Of a stretch of DNA of 64,000 nt, positions 17,816 to 31,165 are shown piece after piece. Source of the stretch: the human T2T-CHM13v2.0 reference genome, Homo sapiens. Position 1 is the first letter of the stretch, and every line of letters begins with the position of its first letter. The notes under the pieces are model-generated. The model was not told the DNA's origin and ran no database searches. It was given only the letters and a program-made list of their open reading frames with translations. The stretch is from the NCBI RefSeq assembly GCF_009914755.1, contig NC_060929.1; one strand, written 5' to 3'. Position numbers and translations under genes: made by a program.

Positions 17816-18829
17816 TAAAAAAAGTCACCTCTGCCGAGTGCCATAGTTCCTGAAGTGCTACTGTTCAGAATAGGACTATTCTCTCCCTCCACCTCCCTCC
17901 TGCCCCTGTTTTCACCTGGACCTTCTGTCTTGTCTGAAGCTGTGGGAGGGTCACTTTCAGGCCCCTTTTTGTCTCTTATGTGCTCTTCCCTCTAGGAAGA
18001 GGTACACCTTCCGAGGTTGGTGAGGCTCAGAAAAGAAAGAGGACCTTTTCATGTCTTTGATCTAAGGGTGTCCATGGACCTAGTTCTCAGCTCTGGATTG
18101 ATATTGTTACCAAGTATAATAAATATGTGAAGAGACTGAGGCCTTCCCAACACTGCCTAGAGCCACCTCCTCCCTCACCAGCTGCTCCCTGAGTCACTGA
18201 TCACCAGATCCAAGGGTACCTCTCTCTAAACATGTTCATGATCTTGCTTGCAGGAGTAAGTTGGCCTTTGTTTCTGTATGTAGGGCTTTTCTTTAGGAAA
18301 CATCCTACCTACTTTCTTGTCCACCTTGAAATTCTTTGTGTTCAACAGCCACCACCAGAAAAATGACATGAAACTATTTTTGTAGCAAAAATGTACTTTT
18401 TGATTTCCTTTACATCAGTTTGCATTTTAAATTCAAGTCAAAGGACACCTCTCACTGTCAATCACCAGCTGCTTGGCCCCATTTGTCCTTCTAAGCTGGA
18501 GGAAATGTGAATAAACATTAGAAGGACAAGTAAGATTGTTTTTGCAAAATCTGCCATGTTCAGGAATCTGGAACTTCAAAAGAAAACAAAAAGACCTTTT
18601 CATCTCCTTTCTTAGTTTTAATTGTTTCTTCTTTGGAAGCTAATTTCTAACTGTAATCACAGGAGAAAGGAGGTTTGGGCAATTATGCTGCAAATCTGAT
18701 CTGCGGAGGCAGCCCACTGGGATGCTATTTTCCTCAGGAGCTGGAATTTTGGCCAAAATCATCTGGGAAACTTTTCTCTTCTTCTAATTTATTCTGCCTA
18801 TGGAGACCTTGTTAATAATGCCAAAAATG

Positions 18830-19040
18830 CTTCACATTTGTATAGCCATTTTAAATTTTTTCCAAACCCTTGTCACATTAATCATCTTACATGATCTTCA
18901 CAAGTCTCTTGGGAAGTGAGTGGAGAAAGGACTGGGATTCATATATTATGGATAAGAGAAGTGAGCTCAGAGAGGTTAAGCAACTTGACCAAGATCACAC
19001 AGCCAGTCAGTCAGAACAGAGTCTAGAGATCTTATTTCTA
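18830..19040 (-). mobile_element. MIR
   Basis: GAGCTCAGAGAGGTTAAGCAACTTGACCAAGATCACACAGC. Confidence 0.8.
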
Positions 19041-19969
19041 ACCTTGTATTTTTAGAAGTAGACTGGGTCACAAACACAGATTACTGCCCTCCTGGCCTAC
19101 ATCAGAAACCCAACCATGCATGTCCCAGGAAGTATAATTCCACCCCTGGATATATTTGGTTCTCTCTTCTCATTAATATTTGACTTGAGCATCACAGTTG
19201 TTCGTTGGAGCTATGTTTATCATTCTCGTGACTTGTTGTTCTCTTCACTGTCTGCCTGATGCTTGGAGAAATCAGTGGATGAGGGAGTGATTCAGTAGAT
19301 CTTTCTTTGATCTGTTTTAAATGAAATCCTATTTACAAGATACACTTCACTTCTTTTGATGTGCAGCTCACTAATTAGCTCACATCTGAGAGTAGGTTCC
19401 CTGGAAGAAAAAAAAAATTAATTAGCTCATTCCATCTCAAAAAGACACAATTCTTGAACTAATTACGGTATTTGAATGATTAATCTCCTTTAAATACACG
19501 TGTTCAGAAGCATTACAGTTAGGAAGAATTGAGAAAGAAGACAGAAAGCTAAGGGAAGTGAAACCAAGTGGCAGCTCGAGGCAAAAATCCTGCCCTTGAG
19601 GCCCAAGGTAGAGTTTAGGGATTCTTTATTATCCAGGTGGAATTTCATTGGCATGCAAAATGGTGGAGCAGGCAAAAGTTGGTTCTGAACCCTCTTCAAA
19701 TCTTTCACTTTCTGCTTCTTTGCCAGCTCTTGATGCCAATGTCTTAAGATCAAACTACGTATGTAAGCCTGCTGCCAAGAAAAGAAGTTATTTAATTTAC
19801 ACTAAAGTGTTAATGACTGATCATTAACTAAATTACCTAAATTAATTGATTAACTAAAGTGTTAATCACGTTCTATCTAGTTTTGCTCCTCCCACAATTA
19901 TGTACTTTTGAATAGGAAGCTACAATTCTACTCCAATGAATGATCCTCTACTTGTGGATTTTTAGGAGA

Positions 19970-20146
19970 CGACATATGGGTTTGATTCAAGATCCCTTTC
20001 TGACTTATTGGCAGTGGCTGTGTGCTTCATGCCACAACCTGAATATAATCAGTTAGTATAAAATAATACTGTGGTACATTAGTGACATCTGCCATGGGCA
20101 CAGAAATTGGGATTGGTCATATACAAATTATGTACCTATCATCCTG
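19970..20146. mobile_element. hAT MITE (MER105-like), degenerate
   Basis: ATTAGTGACATCTGCCATGGGCACAG; an inverse related copy lies at ~58625-58830. Confidence 0.45.
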
Positions 20147-21207
20147 ACTATAGTTTGTAGGAAAATGATATTTGGGGTACTAGGGAGAGATTTCAGGGGC
20201 TCATGAAATCACATTGTATGGGGTATCACCCATTCCACTCAAAAGGTTGGTGGCCACTATTGATCACCTGGCCAGTTAGTAAGTGTTTTTCTTCACTTCA
20301 ACATTTATATTGTCAATCCCTTGAGAATAGAAATTATTACTTTTTTATCTCAAGGGTATGGCTCTTACTTGGTCTTAAATAAATATTTGTTGAATAAGTG
20401 CAAAGAAGACAGCACTGTAAGTGTGAAAAGAAATGTATTACTAAACGTGAACAATTACTATAAATGTTTAGAGCTAAGTGAGACTGAAGGAAAGGCACAA
20501 ATATGATAGAACCCTTAGATAAGCTGGTTACCAAAATTAAGCACAGACCTCATAAAATCAATAAACCAAGCAACATGTTGGCTTGTAGAGTTCTCACTAT
20601 ATGATTAAAAAACACTATGCAAGTCCATCTTGAAGGGCAACATTTTTTCTGGCACTTAGTCCTAGAAGAAATGTATCATGTGACTTATCCCTATGAAAGA
20701 CCAATGAGTAATATAATGGCCAATGAGTTTAAAAAGGATTTTGCAAAAACTCAGCAATATTCCTTAAATGGAGTTTTTTGTACCAACCCTTTGAGATGCA
20801 GTGAGCATAGCATTAAACTGTGACACAGTGAAGCTATTTTTGAAATAATGTGTAAGAAAATTGTATGGTAGGCTGGTTATCATAGGAACTCCCTCCTCCT
20901 GCCCCACCAAGGTGGGTTCCTGCCTTCTCTGTGATCTTTTTCCTTGTGCCTTGCCCTCTCTTCAGGGCCTTCCTGTGCCCTTGATGGAGATGAGTGACTC
21001 ATTGTGAAATGGAAGCTGAGTCCATGCTGATAGGTAGAATCCCTTTTACCGTCTCACCCCATTGAGTAAACTGAGGTGCAATGTACTGCAAGGAGCAGGT
21101 AAGGGGTGAAGCCCTGCCCCATTGTGGAATGTTCACGTGCCTTTGAGTCATTTTCCCTCTCTGGGCTTTGCTTTCTCCCCTGTACGATATAGAAAAAGTT
21201 GGATTAT

Positions 21208-21424
21208 CAGGGGTCTGCAAACTTTTCCTAGTTTATAAAAAATAGTAAATAGACTGGGCTTCAAACATTCTCTTTTGTAACAACTCAACTCTGCCATCGA
21301 AGTTTGAAAACACCCATAGACAATATGCAAAGAAATGGATGTGCCTGTGTTCTGGTGTAACTTGATTTACAAAAATAAACAATTAGCTGGATTGGATCCA
21401 TAGGCCATAGTTTGCTGACCATTG
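21208..21424. mobile_element. MER58A (hAT-Charlie)
   Basis: TIRs CAGGGGTCTGCAAACT / AGTTTGCTGACCATTG; internal CAACTCAACTCTGCCAT. Confidence 0.85.
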
Positions 21425-21442
21425 GATAAGTCGATATAAAGA

Positions 21443-21778
21443 CAAAGCTAAGCAATAAAAATAGAACGCAAGCCACAGATGCAAGCCATGTATGTGATTT
21501 TAAATTTTCTAGGAGCCCCATTTCTTTAATAGTTTTTTAAAGGTAAAATTGATTATAAGAATGTTTTATTAACTCAATATATTCAAAACATTGTCAATTC
21601 AACATGTAATCAATATGAAAAAAATGTATCCATGAGATATTTTCCCCTCCTTTTTTAATTCTAGGTCTCTGAAATCCAGACTGTCCTTTACATATCAGCA
21701 CATCTGAGTTGAACTCATCATATTTTAAGGATTCAGTATCCACATGTGGCTGGAGGAGTTACCATCCTGGACAGCACA
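21443..21778. mobile_element. MER33-like (hAT-Charlie)
   Basis: GCAAGCCATGTATGTGATTTTAAATTTTCTAG...CCACATGTGGCTGG...GGACAGCAC. Confidence 0.75.
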
Positions 21779-21785
21779 ATTCTAA

Positions 21786-22214
<429 letters not shown>

Positions 22215-23026
22215 TGATAATTTAACATATAAGTCTGCAAAAGATGTGATAATGAATGTCAGGAGGTCAGTGCAGCTACTGAGTGACTTATTACTATCTC
22301 CACTGTAATTTGTATATAGCTGATAATGTCTTCATGCAGGGCTTCAAAAAAAGCCTCCTTCCACCTACCCCAAGCACTCTCCTAATGGGAGAGAAGTGTG
22401 AACATTTACTCTAGTGGTGAAGGGGAGTGGGAGTGCTTGTAAAAGCCACTTTAAATAAGGTATTACTCTGACATCTCATGTTTTACTTTGATGTGTATTC
22501 AATTTTGCTTTCTACTCCGTAATATAATCTGTTTGAATTTTTAATTTGAATTTCTTATCAGTTAAAATATTCAAACTCCCTGCCCTGCAAACACTCCCTT
22601 CATCACCTGTCCTTCTCACCACAAATCGGTGAGTAAAAAATTCATGCTCCAAAAAGATGCATCACAGTTACCATCGTACCCTTGGGAATGGGTTTATGTA
22701 ACAAGGTGTTAAATTAGAAGTGTTAACTGAGGACCAAGACACAATAGGTATCAAATGCTAAGGTGGGTTGTGGCAGACCGAAAGGCAGACATTTCCTTTG
22801 AGAACCGTTCGTCCAGAGTGAGGGTATAAAAGGACTGGGAGAGAGGATTCATGGAGAGGATTTCTTTGGAGAGGGCTGTGCTGTGAGTCTCATCCTCACT
22901 TCCACTTTGCTATATCCTGGTGACAGGAGCTGTCCAAGGCAGCTAGGGGCTTGACAGTGGCACACAGAGACTAAAATCTGAAGGGCAAAAGATGGGCTGC
23001 TAAGGAGCCCATCTAAGGGGAGACGG

Positions 23027-23093
23027 GCTAAGGAGAGGCTGCAGTAACCAGCTAAGGAGAGGCTGCAGTAACCAGCTAAGGAGAGGCTGCAGT
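23027..23093. repeat. 24-bp tandem repeat, 2.8 perfect copies (GCTAAGGAGAGGCTGCAGTAACCA)
   Basis: Direct reading. Confidence 0.95.
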
Positions 23094-23699
23094 GCTTGGG
23101 TTTTCTTCTAGCCCTATAATATTCCAGAGCCATAGAGTTCATGTGGACCAGACACAAGCCATGAAAAACAAGGAGCAGGTGGGCAGGGGGAGGGAGGATA
23201 GGGAAAGAACAAGGCTGGTCCTCTTTCCTAGTGGAGGGTGCAGCGGGTGACAAATATGAATGAAGGTAGGAGCTTTGACCTTTTGACCATCTTAGGACCA
23301 AGTGAGCCTGAAATTCAGGAATTACAGTGATCAGGGCACTTCATATTGTCTGACAGTGTCCAGAAAACTACTCCTCCCCTCATAAAAGAAAGAATATGAG
23401 AACGGACTATGATTGTGTCATGCACTGGTTTAAGACTTCTGGCTTTAATATGTTACTACATACTCATGAGTAATAAATTCACATTAAATGAGAGATAGGT
23501 AAGAGAAGAGGAAGATTACTGCCTCCTGGATTAACTCCAAAGATTGGAATTTCAGGGCCCATTTGCCAGGCTGGTCCAGGAGCTATGCGGTACAGGTGGT
23601 GGTCTGTCCAACTCCTCAAATGATACAAAACTCCTTATGACAATACTGATATCTGTGATGTGTAGATAGCACACAGACTTAGTCTAGAAGAAAAATTAG

Positions 23700-23890
23700 T
23701 AACAATAACAGATAACCGTTTACTGAGGAATCACTATGTGCTACACACTGTACTTTTCTTACAACAAAAAACAAATGATCCCATTTTATAGAGAGGAAAG
23801 TGAGATTCAGAGGGGTTACTTACTGCTTCTTGTAAATCATAGAAGCAGTAAGTAGGAAAGACAGGACTGGAACACAGTTTTGTTCACTGA
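23700..23890 (-). mobile_element. MIR
   Basis: CCCATTTTATAGAGAGGAAAGTGAGATTCAGAG. Confidence 0.7.
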
Positions 23891-25139
23891 AACCACTACC
23901 CTCTGCTGCTTCTCTTTCCCAGCCCAGCTGTGCCCTTCAGCCGTTCGTTGCCTTTTTCTTTTATGCTCCTGTTCTCTTCTTCCTACATCCTCTTCCCTCT
24001 CTTCTAAGTGGTGGGATTCCATTCCCAGCTAAACAGAAACTCTCCTTCCCTCTTACCTGGGATGTATGAAATGAACAAGAACTCCCTGAGACTCACTAAT
24101 TTTCAGCCAACTAACACCTCAGCTACAGAGAGCACACCAAGAAGCTTCACCGAATCCTGCAAAATGCTGGCTGAGCAAAGGCATGAAGATAGGCAAAAGC
24201 ATGAAGATATAGAAAAGCAAATTCTCACTACTTGATGCAATCAGCTCAGAGTTCTGTTAACATGGGGTTGGATTGAAGATGAAGAAGTGTCCTTCTGTGG
24301 GCTCTAAGCAAACATCATGGTTGTGGTCAATAGGATAAAAACAAAATGCTACCATCTCATTACTGTTTCCACCCCTGCTGACCATCCTGAGATGGCTTCT
24401 GTTTGGTGCCCACCTATCAGAGCAGTTTCCCAGTGGAAAATGGATCAGCAACTGGCCAGATTCTCTTGTGTCCTTTCAGGGCAATGCTGGAGCACATTTT
24501 ATCCAAAGCTCAAGGAGCGGACAGGCAGCAATTGTTAAGCACTCTCAAAGTAGCTGCACCCCATTTACATTGTCTACAAAAACATTATCTCTTGCTTTTT
24601 CTTCCTTTACTCCACTGAGTTATTAGGCTTCCATTATAAAATTGTAAAAATGAGTGTTTAGGCAGCCAGCATAATCACCACTTCACCAGGCCTCATGTTA
24701 AAGCAGGACGAGATCTTGAATGACATTTTTTGATGAGCAGAATCAGATTTCTTACTTACACAGGACTCTTCCCAGAATGAGATTCTTGACTTGAGAACAT
24801 GCCAGAAGAGCATTTTTTGCCCACGTCTTCATGTGAACTCTGCCCTTGGATGTACATTTGAAAGAGAATGATAGAAATTCCTCCCTGCAAGGAGCTGATC
24901 TGACCCGGATTAAAATATGTTCATCTCTGAAATTAGTAAAGATCAGGGAAAAAAACTGGATGATATCTTGATTCTAATGCTGGAGTGTCTTGACCAGGAA
25001 GGGGCAAGCCCTAGAGCAGGAAGAAACAATAATAAATCATAGTGAAGCAGGACAAGCTATGATTTGAAGAGGACTCAAAGAAATTCATCCACAAATTCCT
25101 TGATGCTTTAATTTTTTAAAAAATGTTTATCGAGCACTC

Positions 25140-25982
25140 TGAAGGAAAAATCAAACTGTTTTTTTTCTCTCTACTCTCTTATACAGTCACTCAACACAAC
25201 ACTTCTGACACCAGCTTCTCCAGTGGAAACTAACTGGTGTCCTATAATTTGATTTAATTCTGACACCGTCTAGCTGAAAATGGCATCAGATCCTATGAGT
25301 TAAGGGTTAGTCTCACAAGAGTGCCCCCCGCCACCCTCTTCCCATTTCACATGCCAATTGCAAGTCGTAGGTTGTGACCCATGCTTCTGACCAACCAGCT
25401 ATAAATTAGGGTTCCTACAACTGCCTCTTTGGGTTCAATTGATTTGCTAGAGCAGCTCACAGAACTTAGGGAAACGCTGTACTTAGATTTACCCGTTTAC
25501 TACAAATGATATTTTAAAGAACACAAAGAGAAACAAAGGACAAGGCTAGAAGGGTCTCCAAATGCAGGACCTTCCAGACCCAGGGAGTTGGGGTATGCCA
25601 CCCTCCCAGCACATGAGTGTTGTCTTGTTCACTAACTCGAAAACTCCCTAAACCCATTCTCTTTGGGTTTTTAGAGGCTTCATTCCATAGGCATGATTGA
25701 TTAAATCACTGACCATTGGCAATCAAGTCAACCTTCATCCTCTCTCTCCTCCCCCAGAGGTGGTGGGTGGGCTTGAAAGATCCAATCTTCTAATCACTTG
25801 GTTGGTTCCCAAGGCAACTGGCCCCCATACTGAGGCTGTCCAGAAGCCCCCAGCCACCAGTCATTTCATTGGCACACAAGACACTTTTGTCGCTCCAGAG
25901 AGGCCAAGGGTCTTTCTTGGTATGTGCCAGGAACCGGGGACAGAAACCAAATATACATTTCTTATTATGTCACAATATCACA
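25140..25982 (-). mobile_element. MER21-family solo LTR
   Basis: Minus strand starts TGTGATATTGTGACATAATAAGAAATGTATATTTGG; ~840 bp. Confidence 0.82.
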
Positions 25983-26074
25983 AACACCTAGAAGATATGA
26001 CATTTATTTTAAAAAAGCAAGATGGATTATAACAAAAGAAAACATTTCCTAAGTGTGTAACTATGAGCTGGACT

Positions 26075-26270
26075 CTGAATAATGGCTTTAAATGATTGAT
26101 ATATAATCTATCTAATAACCTTATGATGTAGACACTAGTATTATTCCTATTTGATAAATGAAAATTTTGAAGCTCAGAGATTAAGGAATATTAATTAAGA
26201 TCTCAAACCTATTAAGGGTGAATCCAAAACAGGAATCCTGCCTGTGATCTTTACAACTATGCAATTCTGC
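26075..26270 (-). mobile_element. MIR
   Basis: TAATAACCTTATGATGTAG...TGAAGCTCAGAGATTAAG. Confidence 0.6.
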
Positions 26271-26395
26271 TCTAAAGGATAGAAGCTTAGGCTTAGGCTT
26301 TCATTTATGAATGAAATGAACATATAAATCCAGGGAGAAACTTCAAATAAGATTTTACTTCCAGCAACATTTTGGACAAATACGCTGAATATTAC

Positions 26396-26860
26396 TGTCT
26401 CATAAATCTATTGCTTCACAACATACCACCCCAACATTTACCAGCTTAAAACAATAATGATTTATTATTTGTCATAATTCTATGGGCTGGCTGGGCTCAG
26501 AGGGAGCAGTTCTTCTCCTCCACATGGTGTTATCTGGAATCACTCATGTGACCGCATTTACCCAAAGCTCAGATGAGTCTGAAACTTCTATGATTGCCTC
26601 TCCTTCTCACCACAGGGCCTCTCCAGCAGTTTAATCTGAGCTTCTTAAGTGGTGGATCTGATTTTTCAAGACAGCAAAAGCAGAAACTCCAGGCATCTTC
26701 AAGCTTATGCCTAGAACGGGTGCAATGTCAACTCTGTGGCAATTCTGTCTGTCAAAGGAAGACAAACAAGCCCAGATCTAAGGGAAGCAGAAATATGGCC
26801 CACCTCTTGATAGGACAAGCAGCATGTGTATATTGGAAGTTGAGAAATTGTTTGCATCAT
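26396..26860 (-). mobile_element. MLT1 MaLR LTR
   Basis: ATCTATTGCTTCACAACATACCACCCCAACATTTACCAGCTTAAAACAATAATGATTTATTATT. Confidence 0.75.
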
Positions 26861-27365
26861 TTCTGAACTTTGGGCCTGCAAGGTGGAGGAGCTGAACCTT
26901 AGACAATTTCATTAAGCTGGGCTCTTCAGAGGCACTAATGTATAATAGTTCCAGGTCAATAGTGTCTCTCAGCTTCCTGAAGAAGCAGATATAAATCCTC
27001 TTTGGAGGAAAGCACTTTCAGCATACTTCACCAAGATTCTTATTAAGTTTAACAAAATACGAGCTCAGAATTTTTAAAATCTCCAAAACACAAGAAGTAA
27101 GCCATCATGAATAATAAGCAGTAAACACATCAAAAAATACAATTAGACCTCTCCAAAACTTCAGATTTTGAAATTTTCATATATAGTATATAAAATATGT
27201 ATAAATGTATATATTTTTAAATAGTTTTATTTTATAAATTAACCATGTAAATGACTTAGCCAATATGAAAAGTGAAAATTTTAGAAATTATAAGTGTCGT
27301 TTTTGTCATTAAGCTAGCATTAAATAACATAGTAAGCATAGCTTAAATAAGAATCAGTAAACAGG

Positions 27366-27481
27366 CACTTTGGGAGGCCAAGGTGGGTGGATCATGAGGT
27401 CAGGAGATTGAGACCATCCTGGCTAACACGGTGAAACCCCATCTCTACTAAAAAAAAAATAATGATAATAATAATAATAAT
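27366..27481 (+). mobile_element. AluY/Sc-type left-arm-only insertion with an (AAT)n tail
   Basis: GAGACCATCCTGGCTAACACGGTGAAACCCC; TSD AATCAGTAAAC(A/T)GG. Confidence 0.88.
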
Positions 27482-28217
27482 AATCAGTAAACTGGAAGAT
27501 GGAGCTAAAGAAATTACCTGGAATGTAACAGAGAGACAAGAAGATGGAAAATATAACAGATTGATAGACATGAAGAATAGAATGAGGAAGTATCATTGCT
27601 TCCATTGCCTAGTAAAGACCCAGAAGAGGAGAATAGAGAAGATGATTATTCATAGAGATAATGGTTTATAATTTTCCAGAACTTATAAGTAACCCAAATC
27701 CATAGATACAGAAGGCAGAATGTGTACTAGGTAGGATCAATAAAAAGAAATGCATGTCTAGACACAGTGCAATGAAACTGAACACCAATCAAAGACAAAG
27801 GAACGATCTTAAAAGCAGCCAGAGAGAAAATGCATGTCCCTCACACAGATGGATGTTGATTTCTCAGTAACCACAAGGGATATCAAATACCTTCAAAGCA
27901 TGGAAATAAATTAAATATCAAGCTAAAATTGTGTGCTAATAAAAACTATCTTTCAAGAGTGAGGACAAAATAAAAAACACTTTCAGATAAACAGAGACAG
28001 TTTACTTTTAGCGGATCCTCATCAAAGAACTGTTGTGTTTCAAGGAGAGAAAAACAACCCATTCATAATTGTAAAAAAATCATCAGCACATGAGAGATGG
28101 AAGAAAATTTCCTTAACCAAATGAAGAATATCTATCAAAAACTCTACTGCAACCTTATTCTTCATGGTGATACAGTAAATGCATTCTCATTTGAAAATGA
28201 GGCTACACATAAAGTGC

Positions 28218-28660
28218 TGTCATAGACAGTGTTCCACAGGAAGCAGACATTGAGCTAGAGGTTGGGATACAAAATGCTTACTCAGGAGTGCTCCTGGGAT
28301 TGATGTATGTGGAAAACAGAGGAAGGAAACTGGCTTGGGCAGAGGAAAAAGTTGATCTAGGACACAGTTCCAATGAAGACCTCAGCCAACCTCATGGAGG
28401 GTACTGGAACTGGCCTTTTAGAATTGTACCCAATTGGGAAATGAAGGCTAGGCTTTTATATCCCCATGTCAATCAGTCATTGGATGCTGATTGGTCCTGG
28501 AAGAAGGCATACCTTGTGTGAGACAGCTTTTTTCAAGCAAGACGATCCCTGAAAAGGGCTTAAAGCTGAGGGTTGTCTTCAGGTAGCACTCTCAGTAGCT
28601 GTAGGCATGAGTCCTTCATTTCCAAAGAATCTAGTCAGCGTATAATAACAGCCATCACAG
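28218..28660 (-). mobile_element. Old ERVL-class LTR (LTR33/LTR41-like)
   Basis: GAAGCAGACATTGAG...GGAGTGCTCCTGGGAT...GGGCAGAGGAAAAAGTTGA. Confidence 0.55.
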
Positions 28661-29512
28661 ATGCCCATCACCAAAACTTCTATTCAGTGTTGTCTGGAAG
28701 TCAATACTGCCAATGCAATAAGACAAGAAAAACCGTAAGAGTTACAAGGATTAGAAAGAAAAATTGCCATTATTCACAGATAATATGATTATCTTTAAAA
28801 AAACTCAAAATAATGTACAGAAACATTATTATAATGAATAAAAACAATTAAGAACATGGCTGAAAATAAGAGTAATATATAAAAATTAATTGCATTTCTA
28901 AATACCAGTTAAAACAGAATTCCTGAAGAAACTCTTACATACACACCAGGAGACATGTACAAGAATGTTCATTGTTTCAGTATTTGTAGTAATGACACCG
29001 TAGAAACAATGCAAATGTCTGTTCATGGAGAATAATAGATCAATTATGGTATATCCACACATGAAATTGTATGCAGCAGTGAAAATTAATGAACACACAA
29101 CACAGATATATCTGAGAAATAGTTTTGAGCAAAAAAGGCAATTTCTTGAAGACTACATAGAGTGTAACTTTTTTTAAATGAATATAATCAAAAGTACACT
29201 TTGAATTATTTAGATAAATATACATGCATAATAAAATATTTTTTTAAACAAAGATCATACAAAGGAAAATTTCAACATAATAGTTGCTGGGATAAAAGAG
29301 GAGAATGGAATTGGAAAATAACACACATGTAACCTTAATAGGGAAAGTTCTTACATCAGGTGGTGGGTTCATGGGCATTTGTTTTATGATTATGCTTTAT
29401 AAGTTGTACATATATTACAAATGCTCTTTTATAAGTATCAATAATTTTGAAGTTGTAAAAAATATTTTTAAAGAAAGAAAATTCAGCATCACAACATATA
29501 GTAGATATGGTC

Positions 29513-29973
29513 TGTTAAGGAAAAGAAATTCAATGACCCTTGTTAAAGCACAATAAGGGAGATTTTATTTAGGACCATCCCAATGCAATGCGATTTTTCC
29601 ATGAAGGAGAGAGATTGAGCTCAACTGTGAATACAGCATGGGCAAGGGGGAATTTATAGCCAAGAAGTAAGGTAGGAACCAGTGGTTGGAAAATCAGTGA
29701 GAAGTAACATCAGGAGCGACGGGGATTTTGACTCAACCATTCTAACATGATGTTTGCTGAAGACAGGCCAGTGCGACCAGACATCACCTGGGGGATGGTG
29801 GAAGATGAGGAGCCTGATCAGTACTGAGAGTGATCAGGTATAGAGGGTAGGGATTCCTTGCTAAACTGATTTAGCAGGGTTTTTGCTAAAACTGGATTTT
29901 ACAAGGAAGTGCACAAGTGAGTCTAAAGGTTCAGGAGGCTGACTTATGTTTGGTTAACAAAGAATCTTTGCCA
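29513..29973 (-). mobile_element. MER31-like ERV1 solo LTR
   Basis: TGTTAAGGAAAAGAAATTCAATGACCCTTGTTAAAGCAC...GCTAAAACTGGATTTTACAAGGAAGTGCAC...AAGAATCTTTGCCA. Confidence 0.78.
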
Positions 29974-30436
29974 GAACTATAGTGGAAGGACTAGAAAAGC
30001 CTTCGTGGAGAAGATGGATGAGATTCTGGCCTTGAATTACAAATAAGATTTGAAGAACAATTACATTAATCTGAGAGCCAAGAGACCCCCAGGGAGGTCA
30101 GAGTCTTCCCTGATTCCTTACCTGGTAGGTGATGAGGGAAGCAGTACTTAAAGATTTCTTGGGCAAAAGTGCAACCTTTTCCAAAATAAGGAGAAAAACT
30201 CACTCTTGCTTCTGTCTGTGATGGCTGTGGGGCCTTTGTGAAGTGTTGGCTTGAGACACAAAAGCATGGACAATAGAGAGACTGCCCAGGATGACAATAT
30301 TAACACATTAGACCTGGGCTCAGGTACACGTACCAGGGAGCATTCTAAACTTCTGGAATTTGAGCAGGACAAAGTTTCTAATTGATATATAAAGCATGAT
30401 CACAAGGCTAGTTCTTTGAGAATATTATGATGTTAA

Positions 30437-30850
30437 TTAGTGGATGTCTATTGTTTTTGCTGCCTAATCATACCCATCTACTTTTCTTCAAGGCACCAGA
30501 CCTGACTTTTGCTTATAGCACTATTCCCTCAACTTTCAGCCCCTGTAGTTTAGATGGGTTTTTCTCCCACCAGCTCCAGGAGTGGGTGGCTGACCCAGGT
30601 CTAGAAAATCAAATCACTCCTTTCTAATTAGCCATAATGATAGCTTAGGGTTGGGTACTTAATGAAAGCCAAACCAAAAACATACACTCTTGGGTTTTTA
30701 CTAGGGCAATAGAGGAAAAGAATTGCTCTTCCTATTGGAGTTGCTGAAGGAATTGGTGCAAAGTCTGGTGCTGATGGCAGCCGTCTTGCCGCCATGAAGC
30801 GAGGGACTGAGAGCGAAGTGGAAAGCAGAGCCACTAGAGAAGAGGAACAG
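30437..30850 (+). mobile_element. Old MaLR LTR (MLT1J/K-like)
   Basis: TAGTGGATGTCTATTGTTTTTGCTGCC...GGCAGCCGTCTTGCCGCCATG. Confidence 0.5.
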
Positions 30851-30949
30851 CTTGCTCATGGTGGGTCTTCTGTTAATTACACTGAAAGAGACTTGGGTAA
30901 TGCCTTGGGGTGATTTGAGAAAAGCCCTGCAGTGCTGGATTGAGAGAAG

Positions 30950-31165
30950 CAGTGTGGCGTGGTGGAAGAAGAAAGAGACGTGACTCACAGATTTTCCTCT
31001 TCTTCAAACTCACTGCAGGACTCTGAAAAAATTATTTAATCCCCCTGGCCTAAATTTTCTCATCTATAAAAGAGAGATTATTAATAGATTGTCATAGTTT
31101 GTCATGATTAAATGTGTGAATGCCGTGTTTGATACACAGAAAGTATCCAATAAATATTATCTTTT
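30950..31165 (+). mobile_element. MIR
   Basis: TTTTCTCATCTATAAAAGAGAGATTA...CCAATAAATATTAT. Confidence 0.65.

Larger units (their letters stand above)
26970..29480 (+). mobile_element. Ancient L1ME-like remnant (ORF1, collapsed ORF2, 3' end), interrupted by an Alu and an LTR
   Basis: ATCTTAAAAGCAGCCAGAGAGAAAA (ORF1), TTATTCACAGATAATATGATT (RT FADD remnant), ACATGTACAAGAATGTTCATTG (3' end). Confidence 0.65.

Noticed and set aside
18182-18255. Possible 74-bp internal exon (CACCAG|...GA|GTAAGT)
   Set aside because: Splice-like motifs alone, with no partner exons or coding signal.
22825-22832. TATAAAAG TATA box
   Set aside because: An isolated motif with no CpG island or supportable downstream exon.
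22849-23301. 150-aa ORF with a YCSLSLAG repeat
   Set aside because: Non-ATG start and no recognisable homology; the peptide repeat just reflects the 24-bp tandem repeat.
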